From IMG/VR virus record IMGVR_UViG_2799112265_000001, positions 67,783 through 131,782 of that record: a stretch of 64,000 nt of DNA. One strand, 5' to 3'. The notes beneath the pieces were generated by a model. It was not told the origin of the DNA. It did no database searches and saw only the letters and a list, made by a program, of their open reading frames with translations. This document shows, piece by piece, positions 1 to 9,649 of this stretch. This stretch comes from a virus. Taxonomy: Duplodnaviria > Caudoviricetes. The translations under genes and the position numbers were made by a program. How positions within the stretch are numbered: the first letter of the stretch is position 1; every line of letters starts with the position of its first letter.

Positions 1-309
1 CACGGCGGCGAGAGGTACATCCTCCGCCTGGCCGACGAGAAACTGCCGGTCCTCCCGCCCACCTCGGAGCGCGGCTACGACCTGCTGCTGTGGGACCCCT
101 GCATGCCCGCGCGGCTGCCCCGATACAAGGAGGCGTGGCTGCATCGGGTGACCCTGTCCCCCGCCCCTCCCGGCCCTGGCTACGTCAGCTTGGCCGGCCC
201 CGCCTGGGGCCGCACCTTCCACCTCGAAACGGAGCCTCCCGTCCCGTTCGCCACCACCGCGCCGCCGGGCCTGGAAGTTCTGACCCACGACCTGCCCGAA
301 GGGAACTGA
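1..309 (+). CDS. hypothetical protein, 5'-truncated by window edge
   Basis: Open in frame 1 from base 1 to TGA at 309; next ATG at 312. Confidence 0.6.
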   Translation, partial: HGGERYILRLADEKLPVLPPTSERGYDLLLWDPCMPARLPRYKEAWLHRVTLSPAPPGPGYVSLAGPAWGRTFHLETEPPVPFATTAPPGLEVLTHDLPEGN

Positions 310-311
310 CC

Positions 312-1016
312 ATGAGCGACGAGCTGTACGAGACCCCCGCCGAGGCGGACACCAGCGACCTGCGGGCAGGCAAGCGGATCACGGTCACCGAGGCCGCCGT
401 GGAGCTGGCGGCGATCGACCTGCGCCTCCGCCAACTGGCCCGTGCCCTGGAAACCCCGGAGACGCCGGTCGAACTGGACTCGCTCATCGAGAGCCTGCGC
501 GGCCATGCCGGAAGCCACCGTGGGCAGGCCGAGCGCATGGCTCGCCTCGCCCGGATCGTGGACGGCGGCATCCCGCTCGCCAAGCACTTCCCCCACCGCG
601 GCGAGGGATGGGGCGCGGCCGCGCGGGACAGCGACCGCGAGGACTTCGGTGGCCCTGCGATCATTCCCACCGAGAATCAGCTCGACCTGCTCGCCCGGGA
701 GGGGGCCCGCCTAGTCAAGAAGGGCGAGGAGACCACCACCTTCCCGGAGGCGATGAAGGGCGTCGGGCTGGGCTGGGAGTCCAAGGCCGCCAGTGCGCGG
801 CGCCGCCGCGAGCGGGACGCCGAGGTCGACAAGCAGGTGCTGCGCACGAAGTGCGAGACCCCGACGTGCCAGGCGGGCGACGGGGAACCGTGCCGTACGA
901 AGCACGGCCGGATCTCCGAGCAGCCGCACACCGGCCGTCTCCGCGAGGCCGAGGCCACCGTCGACGCCCGACTCGGCTACCTCGGAGACAACCCGGTAGC
1001 CGTCCTGGACGCCTGA
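312..1016 (+). CDS. hypothetical protein with C-terminal phage-type zinc finger
   Basis: ATG 312 after GAAGGGA; C-terminal CETPTCQAGDGEPCRT...PH motif. Confidence 0.7.
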   Translation: MSDELYETPAEADTSDLRAGKRITVTEAAVELAAIDLRLRQLARALETPETPVELDSLIESLRGHAGSHRGQAERMARLARIVDGGIPLAKHFPHRGEGWGAAARDSDREDFGGPAIIPTENQLDLLAREGARLVKKGEETTTFPEAMKGVGLGWESKAASARRRRERDAEVDKQVLRTKCETPTCQAGDGEPCRTKHGRISEQPHTGRLREAEATVDARLGYLGDNPVAVLDA

Positions 1017-1022
1017 CGCCGA

Positions 1023-1052
1023 CAAGGCCCGCACGTTGCCGTGCGGGCCTTG
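1023..1052. terminator. bidirectional terminator hairpin
   Basis: CAAGGCCCGCACG-ttgc-CGTGCGGGCCTTG between convergent genes. Confidence 0.7.
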
Positions 1053-1063
1053 CGCGAGTCTGC

Positions 1064-2230
1064 CTACGCCGAGGGTTCCTGGGCGTCCGGGTCGTAGATC
1101 GGGACCTTGGCGAACCGGTTCCGGTTGGCGTCCTTGGCCGCGCGCACGTAGATCCGGGGCATGCGAGAGCCCCGCCGCCAGCGGCCGGCGTCCTCCAGCT
1201 CCTCCTCGGTGGCGTTGTTCATACCGAGGTCGGTGGCCCCGCCGGCACGCAGGCTGTGGGAGGACACGGGCCGCCCGTCCGTCACCAGTCCGGCGGCCTT
1301 GAACCACAACTTCACACGCTCGTTGACGGTCTGCGGGCGCAGGTAGTCACCGCGCTTGGTGGCCGTCTTGGCGCGGGTCTCCGACGAGGCGACCTTGCCG
1401 CTCCGCTTGACCTCCCGGAACAGCGGGCCGCTGGTGATGCCCTGCTGCTGGAGGTAGCCGAGCCAGCGGCGCAGCCGGAACACCAGCCGCAGGTCCGTCC
1501 GGTCGTGCAGCACGATCGTCTGCTCGTCGTCGTGCGTCTTGTCCTCGGCCAGCCAGACGATCACCCGGTCGTCCAGGATGGTGAGGTCTTCAATGTCGAA
1601 GTCGACGTCCTCAACGCTTCGCCCGAGGAACTGGTACCCGAAGGCCATCATCGCCGAGTCCCGCCAGGCGATCGGCCGGTCGGCCGCGTCGGCCTTGGCC
1701 AGCATCGGCATGAGGTACGCCAGCGTGATCGGGAAGGCTTCCTTGCGGCGCAGCGCCCGCTTGTTCTTCTTCCGGTACTGCACCATCAGGGACTTGAAGA
1801 TGCTCTTGTCGGGCCGCTTCCCCGGCGGCATCGACGTCATGATCAGCGACATGTAGTTGTTGATCGTGGTGACCTTGAGCTGCTTGCGCATCAGGTGGCG
1901 GCCGTACTCGGTGTACGTCGCCGTGGTGCACGGCTTCGCCACTCGCCCCTCCTGCGCGCACCACGCCTCGAACAGGCGCATGGCCGTACGCCGCGGCGGC
2001 GACTCCTCCTCCCGCGCCTTCTTGATCGCCTCGGCGGTCTCCTCGCTGACGTGCAGATCCCGCTCGCTGTACGTCACACCCGGCGTGTCGGTGGTCGGGA
2101 TCTCCTCGCCGGGGAACAGCACGGTGTGCGCGTCGACGAGCGGCCGCGGCGCCGGTTCCTCGATGACCGCCAGGGCGCCGCCGTCGTCGACGATCTCGGC
2201 GGTGACGATCTCCTCATCGTCCGGGGTCAC
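1064..2230 (-). CDS. tyrosine recombinase/integrase, Cre-like
   Basis: RDSAMMAFGY..LGR, SHSLRAG (HxxR), GRW and RIY catalytic motifs; GTG start overlaps upstream TGA. Confidence 0.9.
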   Translation of the reverse strand: MTPDDEEIVTAEIVDDGGALAVIEEPAPRPLVDAHTVLFPGEEIPTTDTPGVTYSERDLHVSEETAEAIKKAREEESPPRRTAMRLFEAWCAQEGRVAKPCTTATYTEYGRHLMRKQLKVTTINNYMSLIMTSMPPGKRPDKSIFKSLMVQYRKKNKRALRRKEAFPITLAYLMPMLAKADAADRPIAWRDSAMMAFGYQFLGRSVEDVDFDIEDLTILDDRVIVWLAEDKTHDDEQTIVLHDRTDLRLVFRLRRWLGYLQQQGITSGPLFREVKRSGKVASSETRAKTATKRGDYLRPQTVNERVKLWFKAAGLVTDGRPVSSHSLRAGGATDLGMNNATEEELEDAGRWRRGSRMPRIYVRAAKDANRNRFAKVPIYDPDAQEPSA

Positions 2231-2595
2231 GCTTCCGCCCACTGAACTTGGAGGATGGACTGCCCCTCCATGACCCGGAAGGCGTGGCCGCAGGGCGTGA
2301 GGGTGAGGAGGCGCCCGGCGATCTGATGACCGGGCCACAGGCTCCGCGGTCCGTCGAGGATGGGGGCGTAGGCGACGATGTTGTCCTGGGCCATCGCCGT
2401 GGTGGTCTCCTGGCACTGGGGGCACCATGCCTCGGTTACCGGCCCGTCCTTGATGCCTACGGCCTTTACGGGGCCGGGCAGGTCCGGCGCCTGCTCATAG
2501 CGGAAGACCAGATCCTCGTCCGCCGAAAGCTCCAGCCCAGGCAGCACCATCGGCAGGTCGCTCGCGCGTCGTTCCACCGTCACCGGTCTCTCCAC
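2227..2595 (-). CDS. hypothetical protein
   Basis: Coupled ORF in minus-strand operon; CPQC and PCGH motifs. Confidence 0.6.
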   Translation of the reverse strand: MERPVTVERRASDLPMVLPGLELSADEDLVFRYEQAPDLPGPVKAVGIKDGPVTEAWCPQCQETTTAMAQDNIVAYAPILDGPRSLWPGHQIAGRLLTLTPCGHAFRVMEGQSILQVQWAEA

Positions 2596-3131
2596 TTCCA
2601 GCAGTCGGGGGTGCAGTCCTTCGGCAGGTGGTACTTCGCCGGCTGGCCGGACAGCAGTTGGCCAGCGTCATAGTGGACGCCCGCCTTCTCCAGCTCGGCG
2701 ACCTTCGGTGACTGCCAGAAGTGCCCGCCGCCGTGCCCCTCCGATGCCGTCCAACCTCGAGGGATCTTCTTGGTGCAGGGGTGCCCGGTGTCGTCCGACG
2801 GGATGGGGCACGGCATGGTGCCGTCGGAGACCGGCTCGGGGAAGTCGGTGTGGCTGCTCCACTGGCCGGCGATGTTCTTCAGCTCCCACCACGCGTCTTT
2901 GGCCTCGTACCGGTCCCGGCGCTGCCATGCGTCGGTGAACCTCTGGTGCGCGCACTGCGCAGTCTTCAGGTCCTCCTGGTAATCCCCGACGGCAGACCCG
3001 CTGTCGGCCGTTGGGTAGCCCGTGCGCAGGTCGTCGGCGAGCCGGTCGGCGATGAAGGTGTACCAGGCGAGGGCGGACTCCACGGTGTAGAGGGGGTGCG
3101 GGGTGCGGGCGGTCTTCTCGGTTTCGGTCAC
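2580..3131 (-). CDS. hypothetical protein
   Basis: Coupled ORF with GTGA overlap and high GC3. Confidence 0.65.
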   Translation of the reverse strand: MTETEKTARTPHPLYTVESALAWYTFIADRLADDLRTGYPTADSGSAVGDYQEDLKTAQCAHQRFTDAWQRRDRYEAKDAWWELKNIAGQWSSHTDFPEPVSDGTMPCPIPSDDTGHPCTKKIPRGWTASEGHGGGHFWQSPKVAELEKAGVHYDAGQLLSGQPAKYHLPKDCTPDCWKWRDR

Positions 3132-3427
3132 TTCAGTCCCCCCGTGCTCGTCTGCACCCCGGGGTCTACGGGGGAGCGGCCTTCGGCGACCTGGTGCAGG
3201 TAGAGGCTCAGCCAGCGGCGGGCCTCCTCCTTGCCCATCGGCGGGCCGCCCATGCTGAACTCCGCGAGCGCGTGGAGGATGACGGCCTCGACGGCGTACG
3301 GCTCCCGGTTACGGATGTCCTCGAGGACGTTGCCTGTCTGGATGGCGCCGGAGGGGATCTGTCCTGCGGTGATCGCGTCAGCGGGGATGGGGTGCGGACC
3401 TGCCGGGTCGTGCATCGGATGGTTCAC
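3128..3427 (-). CDS. hypothetical protein
   Basis: Coupled ORF with GTGA overlap. Confidence 0.6.
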   Translation of the reverse strand: MNHPMHDPAGPHPIPADAITAGQIPSGAIQTGNVLEDIRNREPYAVEAVILHALAEFSMGGPPMGKEEARRWLSLYLHQVAEGRSPVDPGVQTSTGGLK

Positions 3428-3906
3428 GGGTTCCTACCGGGGCGGTTGATGGTAATAGGGCAGAGCATCGCGTAGAGCTGGCTTCGGAGCGCAGCGTCGG
3501 AGCAGCCGACCGGGTCGGCGAAGTCCCCGGCGAGCGCGATGAACATCCCGAGCTTGCGGGCTTCCTTCCGCCACCTGGGGGAGCTGTTCAGCGTGCCGCT
3601 GTAGAACGCCTCACCGGCGGAGTTGGACATGGTCAGCTCGTCGGTGGCGACGTCGAGGACGGCGGACCAGCCAGGCGCCGGGTCGGCCCAGCCTGCGAAG
3701 TCGTCGAGCAGCGCCCAGCCGCCGGTGCGCAGGCCCTCAAGGTACGGGTCGGGGCCGCGGCCGCCGTCTGTGCCGAACGTCTCCACCCGATGGGTGGCGG
3801 CGAACACGACCCGCGGCACGCTGTCCCGGTCGTCCATCCACGCCTGCATGTCGAGCGCGACGGGCGGCCCGCTCAGGTCCACGCTGTACATGGTGTTCGG
3901 GTCCAT
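3424..3906 (-). CDS. hypothetical protein
   Basis: 160-aa ORF; ATG follows upstream stop. Confidence 0.65.
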   Translation of the reverse strand: MDPNTMYSVDLSGPPVALDMQAWMDDRDSVPRVVFAATHRVETFGTDGGRGPDPYLEGLRTGGWALLDDFAGWADPAPGWSAVLDVATDELTMSNSAGEAFYSGTLNSSPRWRKEARKLGMFIALAGDFADPVGCSDAALRSQLYAMLCPITINRPGRNP

Positions 3907-3909
3907 GAG

Positions 3910-4164
3910 TCACGCCTCCCGGCAGTACGCGAAGTGGATGCCAGGAGCGCGTAGCGCAGGCGGCAGTAGGGACTCCGTCACCTCGTGTTCAACGGCCTGC
4001 AAGTCACCGAGAACGCGAGCTTCGCCCGCCTCGCGGTCGGCGCGCGCGGCGAGGTAGAGGGAGTCGAGAGCCTGGCCCAGCGGGTCGTCCTCGACGAGCC
4101 CAAAGGCCGCGAGCACGCTTTTGCGGGTCCGCTCCGCGAGCGTCTGGGCCTCAGCCACGATCAT
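3910..4164 (-). CDS. hypothetical protein
   Basis: MIVAEAQTL... start preceded by GGAG; fits operon packing. Confidence 0.55.
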   Translation of the reverse strand: MIVAEAQTLAERTRKSVLAAFGLVEDDPLGQALDSLYLAARADREAGEARVLGDLQAVEHEVTESLLPPALRAPGIHFAYCREA

Positions 4165-4375
4165 CTCCAGAAACGACGTCCACGTGGGTGAGGGCGATGC
4201 ACGCGCCGTGCCCCTCGACCCAGACCACATCGGTGTGGCCCCCGAGGACTTCGGCGCGGCTGCGTGTCTTCGTGACGAGCCGTTCATCGTTCGGGTGGTC
4301 CTCGGGCCGGCAGCCGGGGTAGGCGATGACGGGGGTCCCGATCGGGTACAGCTTGTTCCACTGCTCAGCGTTCAT
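4151..4375 (-). CDS. small phage hypothetical protein (MNAEQWNKLYPIGTPV...)
   Basis: ATGA overlap with upstream gene. Confidence 0.65.
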   Translation of the reverse strand: MNAEQWNKLYPIGTPVIAYPGCRPEDHPNDERLVTKTRSRAEVLGGHTDVVWVEGHGACIALTHVDVVSGDDRG

Positions 4376-4776
4376 GCCTGTGGCGCCCACGGCCGGTTCA
4401 CCCCTCTAGCGTCGGCGTTCAGCTTCAACGAGTTGACTTCCCTGAGGGCAAAGTCCAGGAGGTGCACCGTCGCATTCCGCTCGTCCGCCGGTTCCTGGAG
4501 GGCAAGTTCGTGGACCAGGCTCAGGAGGTAGCCGACCCCGTTGTGTTCCTTGCTGTAGAGCAGGACGCGGCGCGTGCTGTCGGTCGGGAGCTTGGTCGGC
4601 AGGTGGCCGATGTTGTGATCGGCCAGCTTCTTCTCGACGCCCTCCATGACGCGGGCGCCGGCCTTCTGCGCGCCGGCAAAGCGCACCAAGTCCTCGACGT
4701 TGCGCGCCTCGTACCCGGCCCATCTCACCCTCTGGGCCAGGACCTCCCAGTCGTCCATGTCTTCCCATCGCTTCAC
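4372..4776 (-). CDS. hypothetical protein, first gene of leftward operon
   Basis: 134-aa ORF next to divergent intergenic region. Confidence 0.6.
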   Translation of the reverse strand: MKRWEDMDDWEVLAQRVRWAGYEARNVEDLVRFAGAQKAGARVMEGVEKKLADHNIGHLPTKLPTDSTRRVLLYSKEHNGVGYLLSLVHELALQEPADERNATVHLLDFALREVNSLKLNADARGVNRPWAPQA

Positions 4777-4828
4777 GGCCCTGCGTACCCCGCCCTCGTG
4801 TGGTGGTTCTGACGTGCCGCCAACTTTA

Positions 4829-4854
4829 CCGACAACAATTGAATTTGTTGTCGG
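4829..4854. promoter_or_regulatory. operator-like inverted repeat in divergent promoter region
   Basis: CCGACAACAA-ttgaat-TTGTTGTCGG, AT-rich; TATGGT -10-like box at 4874-4879. Confidence 0.6.
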
Positions 4855-4882
4855 CTACTCGCCAGTAACCTCGTATGGTGTT

Positions 4883-4940
4883 CCCCGAGGCGGAGAGCAA
4901 CCGCCTCACCTCACCCCGAACCGAAGGAACACCCGCCATG
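4883..4940 (+). promoter_or_regulatory. conserved hairpin leader element, copy 1
   Basis: GAGGCGG-AGAGCAA-CCGCCTC then CACCCCGAACCGAAGGAACACCC..ATG. Confidence 0.75.
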
Positions 4941-5213
4941 CCGAAGCCGGTCAAGACCGTCGCCTACGCCCTCGGCCTCCTGGCCCTCGCCCACCCCGCG
5001 ATCGTTCCGCCCGTTCTCCACGCGCTCGCCTTCGCGGCCGGCCTCGGCGCCGCCGCCGCGCTCTGGGTCCTCGCACACCTCGCGCTCACCCTCACGGTCG
5101 CCGCCGGCGTTCTCCTCGCGCAGTTCCTGCCCGGCCAACTCGGTGCCGCCGCTCGCTGGTTCGGGCGCGCCTGGGATACGTCGATCGACGCGATCCTGCC
5201 CCGTACGATCTGA
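4938..5213 (+). CDS. small membrane protein (possibly Spd-like)
   Basis: MPKPVKTVAYAL..., several hydrophobic segments, AAGGA RBS. Confidence 0.7.
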   Translation: MPKPVKTVAYALGLLALAHPAIVPPVLHALAFAAGLGAAAALWVLAHLALTLTVAAGVLLAQFLPGQLGAAARWFGRAWDTSIDAILPRTI

Positions 5214-5249
5214 CCCTCACCCCCATCACGCCCCGAGAGGAACACCACG

Positions 5250-5360
5250 ATGGCAGCGCTGCGCGGAGGCGACGGCAAGGTCATGGACTTCGTCAACCTG
5301 CTGGGGATCTTCTCCCCCGCGTGGCTCGTGGCCGTGCTGGTGATCCGCCACTGGCACTAG
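5250..5360 (+). CDS. 36-aa hydrophobic peptide
   Basis: GAGAGGAAC RBS; MAALRGGDGKVMDFVNLLGIFSPAWLVAVLVIRHWH. Confidence 0.45.
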   Translation: MAALRGGDGKVMDFVNLLGIFSPAWLVAVLVIRHWH

Positions 5361-5453
5361 TCGAACAGTTCGATTCTTCGCTGAGAACGATTTTGCGCTC
5401 AGCCCCCTCGCGCGGCACCAACACCGCGCGACCGTAAAACGCCCCCTGTGGCA

Positions 5454-5512
5454 CCCCTTCGCGGCGTAGAGCAACCGCCGCAGCCCACCCCGAATCGAAG
5501 GAACACCCCATG
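5454..5512 (+). promoter_or_regulatory. conserved hairpin leader element, copy 2
   Basis: GCGGCG-t-AGAGCAA-c-CGCCGC then CACCCCGAATCGAAGGAACACCCCATG. Confidence 0.75.
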
Positions 5513-6421
5513 AGGCGAAGCCTCGGCATCCCCCTGCGCCAAAATCCGGAGCCCGAACCCGCCTACGGCCTGTACCAGCAGATCCGAGTCGACGCCGAGT
5601 CCCGGAGCCGGGGCTTCCTCGGACCCGACGACCTTCGCCGGTTCGAGGAGGTCGCCTCCCGGCGCGGGGGAGACTGGTGCACCGCTGTCCTCGGCTACAG
5701 CTTCCCCGGCATTCACTACGTCTCCAGCACCGACGGTTGGCACCTGGTGCACGCCGACGAACTCGGCATCGACCCGCCCCTGCCCGCCCCCGTCGTCCAG
5801 GCCCGCGAGGAGACCGCCGCCCGCGATCGGAAGCGGCAGCAGCAGGAGGCCGAGCGCCGCGACCGTGAGCGCCGACAGTGGGACGCCCTCGTAGCCGCCG
5901 CCGGGGTGGAGATCACCGTGCGGGCCAACACCCGGCACACCGGAGTCGGTGGGGCGCTGCGGCACGCCGTGCCCAACGCCGAGCTGGTGTCCGGCCGCTC
6001 ACGCCGCCACCTGCCCGGCCGAGGGCTGTGCGAGACGCCCGGCCGCGCAGACCCGCTGCACCTGAGCGACCCCGTCGACGACCCTGCGAACTGCCGGCGC
6101 TGCCTCACCTACATGGAGCAGGTCCGCGCGCTGGACGCACCCGCCCCGCCCACGGCCGCCGAGCGGCGACTCCTGCAACTGGTCCGCGACGGAGCCGTGT
6201 TCACCTTCCACGTCGCGCGCCGCCCCGCCACCATCCGGGACACCAGCCAGCGCAGCAAGGGCGCCTGGGGACACCTCGGCCGGAAGGTCGACGCCGCCAT
6301 GCTCAAGCTGGAGGCCAAGGGCTGGGTGAGCAAGGAGCAGACGTACAGCGCGACGCAAGACGGTCACCGCGGCGACCGTTGGCGGCTGACCGACACCGGT
6401 ACCGCCGCCCTGGAGGGCTGA
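5510..6421 (+). CDS. hypothetical protein (Cys motif, possible C-terminal winged helix)
   Basis: 303-aa ORF with strong RBS; LC...NCRRC motif. Confidence 0.75.
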   Translation: MRRSLGIPLRQNPEPEPAYGLYQQIRVDAESRSRGFLGPDDLRRFEEVASRRGGDWCTAVLGYSFPGIHYVSSTDGWHLVHADELGIDPPLPAPVVQAREETAARDRKRQQQEAERRDRERRQWDALVAAAGVEITVRANTRHTGVGGALRHAVPNAELVSGRSRRHLPGRGLCETPGRADPLHLSDPVDDPANCRRCLTYMEQVRALDAPAPPTAAERRLLQLVRDGAVFTFHVARRPATIRDTSQRSKGAWGHLGRKVDAAMLKLEAKGWVSKEQTYSATQDGHRGDRWRLTDTGTAALEG

Positions 6422-6426
6422 CCCCG

Positions 6427-7017
6427 ATGGTTGCCCGGATGACCGCAGCCCAGTACAAAGCCCTGCTTGCCAGCCGTCAGGCCGGGAAGGGCGCCCCGGC
6501 GGCCGCGCCGAAGAAGAAGCCGGCCACCAAGAAGCCCGCCGCCGACCCCGGCCCGCCCTCCGTGCCCGAGCCGCCCGCACTGGAGCCCCTCCTCGCGGGC
6601 CTGTCCGGAGTCGGGCGCACCTGGAGCATCCTCATGCCGTACGCGGAGAAGATGCTCGACAGCAACCAGCGGCTGCACTGGCGGCCCGAGCACGCCATCC
6701 GGCAGCAACTCCGCACCGACGCCGTGCAGATGGCACGCGTGCACCGCCTGCCCCGGCTGGAGCGCGCGGCGATCTTCTACGTCCTGCACCCCCGATCCAT
6801 CCGGCGGTCCCGCGACCCTGGGAACTGGGCGCCGACCGCGAAGGCGTACGTCGACGGACTGGTGACCCCGAACCCTCACCAGCCGCGCGAGCGCCACCTC
6901 CTCCCGGACGACGACCACGAGCACCTCCTCGGCCCCTTCCCCGCGATGGGCGCCCCGGTCAGCACCGGCTACGCCCGCATGACCCTGGTCATCACCGAAC
7001 TCATCACACCTGCCTGA
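6427..7017 (+). CDS. RusA-like Holliday junction resolvase
   Basis: RDPGN..TAKAYVDGLV..LLPDDD matches the RusA-family acidic motif pattern. Confidence 0.7.
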   Translation: MVARMTAAQYKALLASRQAGKGAPAAAPKKKPATKKPAADPGPPSVPEPPALEPLLAGLSGVGRTWSILMPYAEKMLDSNQRLHWRPEHAIRQQLRTDAVQMARVHRLPRLERAAIFYVLHPRSIRRSRDPGNWAPTAKAYVDGLVTPNPHQPRERHLLPDDDHEHLLGPFPAMGAPVSTGYARMTLVITELITPA

Positions 7018-7119
7018 CCTGCCCAAACGCGGAAAACGTAACAGGTACAGGCGTTCTGTCGTACTGAAGGGTGAGGGCCTTCGCGGCCCTTCCCGCACTG
7101 CACAAGGAGATGCCCCTCC

Positions 7120-7755
7120 GTGAGCACCACCCCGCCCGTCAAGCTGTCGTCCCTCCAGGTCTACGAGGCCAACGGCACGCCCGTCCCGCACGTCGACCCC
7201 CGCGAGCAGATGCTCAAGGTGGCCGCCGCGGCGTTCACCCGTTCCGGTACCTACATGGACCCCGACGTGGTGGACAGCCACCTGCTGGAGATCGCCGACA
7301 AGGCGGCCTGCTCGCTGCTGCGCGACCGCTGGCGCGACGACTTCCCCGTGGCCGCGTACAGCGAACTCCTCGCCACCATCGCCGCGTTCCGGGAAGTCCT
7401 CGGACTCGACCCGACCCCCACCGGCGTGGAGGTCTTCAACTGGGCGGCCCTGCAGAAGCGACTCGCCATGCAGAAGATCGACGGTCAGCACCAGCAGTAC
7501 CTGGTCCAGTTCCGCAACGGCCCCTTCAAGGGCGCGATCATGCCGTTCCACGGGCCGACCGGCCAGGGGCCGGTCAAGACGCTCACGCTGCCCATCGCCT
7601 GGGGCGACTCGACCGAGCGCGGCCGGGGCACCGCCATCTACGTCCGCAGCGGCGACGCCAACGACCAGCACCTCTGGCCGTACAAGCTGGGCAACCAGGT
7701 CCCCGAGGACGCCCGTCCCCACATCGCCGTCGTCTCGGCCCGGAAGGACGTGTGA
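7120..7755 (+). CDS. hypothetical protein
   Basis: AAGGAG RBS, high GC3. Confidence 0.75.
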   Translation: MSTTPPVKLSSLQVYEANGTPVPHVDPREQMLKVAAAAFTRSGTYMDPDVVDSHLLEIADKAACSLLRDRWRDDFPVAAYSELLATIAAFREVLGLDPTPTGVEVFNWAALQKRLAMQKIDGQHQQYLVQFRNGPFKGAIMPFHGPTGQGPVKTLTLPIAWGDSTERGRGTAIYVRSGDANDQHLWPYKLGNQVPEDARPHIAVVSARKDV

Positions 7756-8153
7756 TGACCACCCCCACCCCCCTCCCGCCTCGCAAGGTCGTCCTCGGGT
7801 CGGCTGTTCGTCTTCTTGAAGGGCCGCCCCTCCAAGACGGCTCCCCTGCGCACGAGTTCTGCCTCATGCGCCTGCCGCAGCAGGACAAGACCTACTTCCC
7901 CATCGACGAAATCAGCGCGACGACGTCCGGACTGGTCAACTACCCCGACCTCCGCGACCTTCTCGACGGCGTCGACCACCTCAGCCACCGTCCCGTAGTT
8001 GAGGGCCCGCAGAACCAGGTCGAATGCCCCGAGTGCCATCGCCGGGAGACCGACACCGACTACTACATATCGCAGCAGCAGCTCGTCATTGACCTGCGGT
8101 GTCACGGCTTCATCGTGGTCAACCCCCCGCGTCCGGCGGAGGGAACCGCCTGA
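7755..8153 (+). CDS. hypothetical protein
   Basis: TGATG coupling; CPEC motif. Confidence 0.65.
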   Translation: MTTPTPLPPRKVVLGSAVRLLEGPPLQDGSPAHEFCLMRLPQQDKTYFPIDEISATTSGLVNYPDLRDLLDGVDHLSHRPVVEGPQNQVECPECHRRETDTDYYISQQQLVIDLRCHGFIVVNPPRPAEGTA

Positions 8154-8392
8154 TGGCCGCCCTGTCCGTCGTGATCCCCTCCCCGGCCGCGGACGCCGCG
8201 CACGACGCTGCGCACGAGACGCTCGCCCGGTTCCGGCACGGCGCCTACTCGGTGCCGTGCGACACCTGCCGCGCCCCGGCCGGGACGCTGTGCCGGTCCC
8301 GGCGTGCGGTGTGCACTCAGCGCCGCGCGGCGTACCGGGAGCGGCAGCAGGCCGTCACGCTGGTTCCGCTCCTCGTCGGGCGTGCCCGATGA
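8153..8392 (+). CDS. small phage zinc-finger protein
   Basis: TGATG coupling; VPCDTCRAPAGTLCR, same motif type as 312-1016. Confidence 0.65.
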   Translation: MAALSVVIPSPAADAAHDAAHETLARFRHGAYSVPCDTCRAPAGTLCRSRRAVCTQRRAAYRERQQAVTLVPLLVGRAR

Positions 8393-8715
8393 GCGCGGTC
8401 GCGGCCGCCATGCCGGCCGACTGCTATGCCTCCCTGTACGACGAGCAGCTCGTCCACATCCTGCTCCAGGGCAATGCGGCCGAGGGGCTCACCATGCAGG
8501 CCGGGTTCCCCCTCTACCCGGCGCCCGCCGTGGGCCGGCCGGTCGAGGTCCGCTGGTCGATTCCTTGCCCGGCGTGCGGGGAGGGCCGCCTGTCTCGACG
8601 GTGGCTTCCCACCGTGTCGGAGCGGCTGATGGTCGGCTCCGACTGCATGCGGCACGTCTTCCTCGTCGTCGTGCCCGACTGGCTACGCCCGGCGTGGCCG
8701 GGGAGCGAGCTGTGA
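8389..8715 (+). CDS. hypothetical protein
   Basis: ATGA coupling; CPAC motif. Confidence 0.55.
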   Translation: MSAVAAAMPADCYASLYDEQLVHILLQGNAAEGLTMQAGFPLYPAPAVGRPVEVRWSIPCPACGEGRLSRRWLPTVSERLMVGSDCMRHVFLVVVPDWLRPAWPGSEL

Positions 8716-9368
8716 GTGCCCTCGCGGTGGAGACCGCGGCCGTCCCCGAGTGGGACAGCCGCCTGGTCGTACGCGCCGCCGGACGCCCCGATCTCCACAT
8801 CGGTGCCGCCGGGACCGTGGCCCCGCGGGTGCCGATGTTCACCGTGGCGCTGGAGTGCCAGCCGGACGTCGACCAGGCGCCCGGCGTCCGGCCGTGGACC
8901 GGCCCGGTCACCGAACGCGCCATCTGCCCGGCCTGCCTGCGCGCGCTGCGCGGCGAACCCGAACCGGTGAAGCCCGCCCGGGTCCCCGCCGGGGTCCTCG
9001 AGGAACTGCCGCAGCCGGAGCCCGACCGGGCCGGCCGACACCTGTGGGCGGTTCCCGCCCCGCAGACCTACGCCGAGGCGCCGCTGCCGGCCGAACACGC
9101 CGGCCGCCGCATCACCTGGTCGGCGTGGAAGCCCACCCCGGTCCTCAGCCGCTACGACCCGGCGTGCGAGTGGTGCGGCGACACCGAGCACGGCGAGATG
9201 ACCAGCGGCCGCCAGGGCAACCCGCTCTCGGCCACCAACCCGCTGCGCAGGTTCCTCGCCTACCGGTGCACCGCCTGCCAGCTGATGACCGCCTACGAGC
9301 AGACCGGCACCGACCTCACGGTCATCGCCCACTTCAAGTCCCATGCCCCGAAGGACTGCAACCGATGA
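8712..9368 (+). CDS. hypothetical Cys-rich protein
   Basis: GTGA coupling; three CxxC pairs. Confidence 0.6.
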   Translation: MSALAVETAAVPEWDSRLVVRAAGRPDLHIGAAGTVAPRVPMFTVALECQPDVDQAPGVRPWTGPVTERAICPACLRALRGEPEPVKPARVPAGVLEELPQPEPDRAGRHLWAVPAPQTYAEAPLPAEHAGRRITWSAWKPTPVLSRYDPACEWCGDTEHGEMTSGRQGNPLSATNPLRRFLAYRCTACQLMTAYEQTGTDLTVIAHFKSHAPKDCNR

Positions 9369-9649
9369 GCACCGCCACCGTCGCACCCCCGTCGACCAGC
9401 GCCGAGCTGGAGCAGCGTCTCGCCCTGATCGCCTGCGGCGAGAACTCCTGGCCCGGTAAGACCCGCGCCTGCGACGACCACCTGAAGAAGTCGTCGACCT
9501 GGCTGCGGATCACCTCCACCGGGGCCGTCGACGCCCTCGCCGCGGCGATATGCGGCTCCGGGCACCGGCACAACCGGTCGTGCCAGCCGTGCACGGAGAA
9601 GGCCGTGCGGTGCGTCAGCGTCTACAACGCGTGGAGGGCGAGCCAGTGA
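9365..9649 (+). CDS. hypothetical Cys/His-rich protein
   Basis: ATGA coupling. Confidence 0.6.
   Translation: MSTATVAPPSTSAELEQRLALIACGENSWPGKTRACDDHLKKSSTWLRITSTGAVDALAAAICGSGHRHNRSCQPCTEKAVRCVSVYNAWRASQ

Noticed and set aside
90-311. Extended N-termini given by the ORF track (e.g. 90, 2428, 5878, 41212, 62191)
   Set aside because: They overlap upstream genes; RBS position and stop/start coupling support the later starts
5231-5252. CCCCGAGAGGAACACC as a fifth hairpin leader
   Set aside because: Shares only the RBS tract; no AGAGCAR stem-loop
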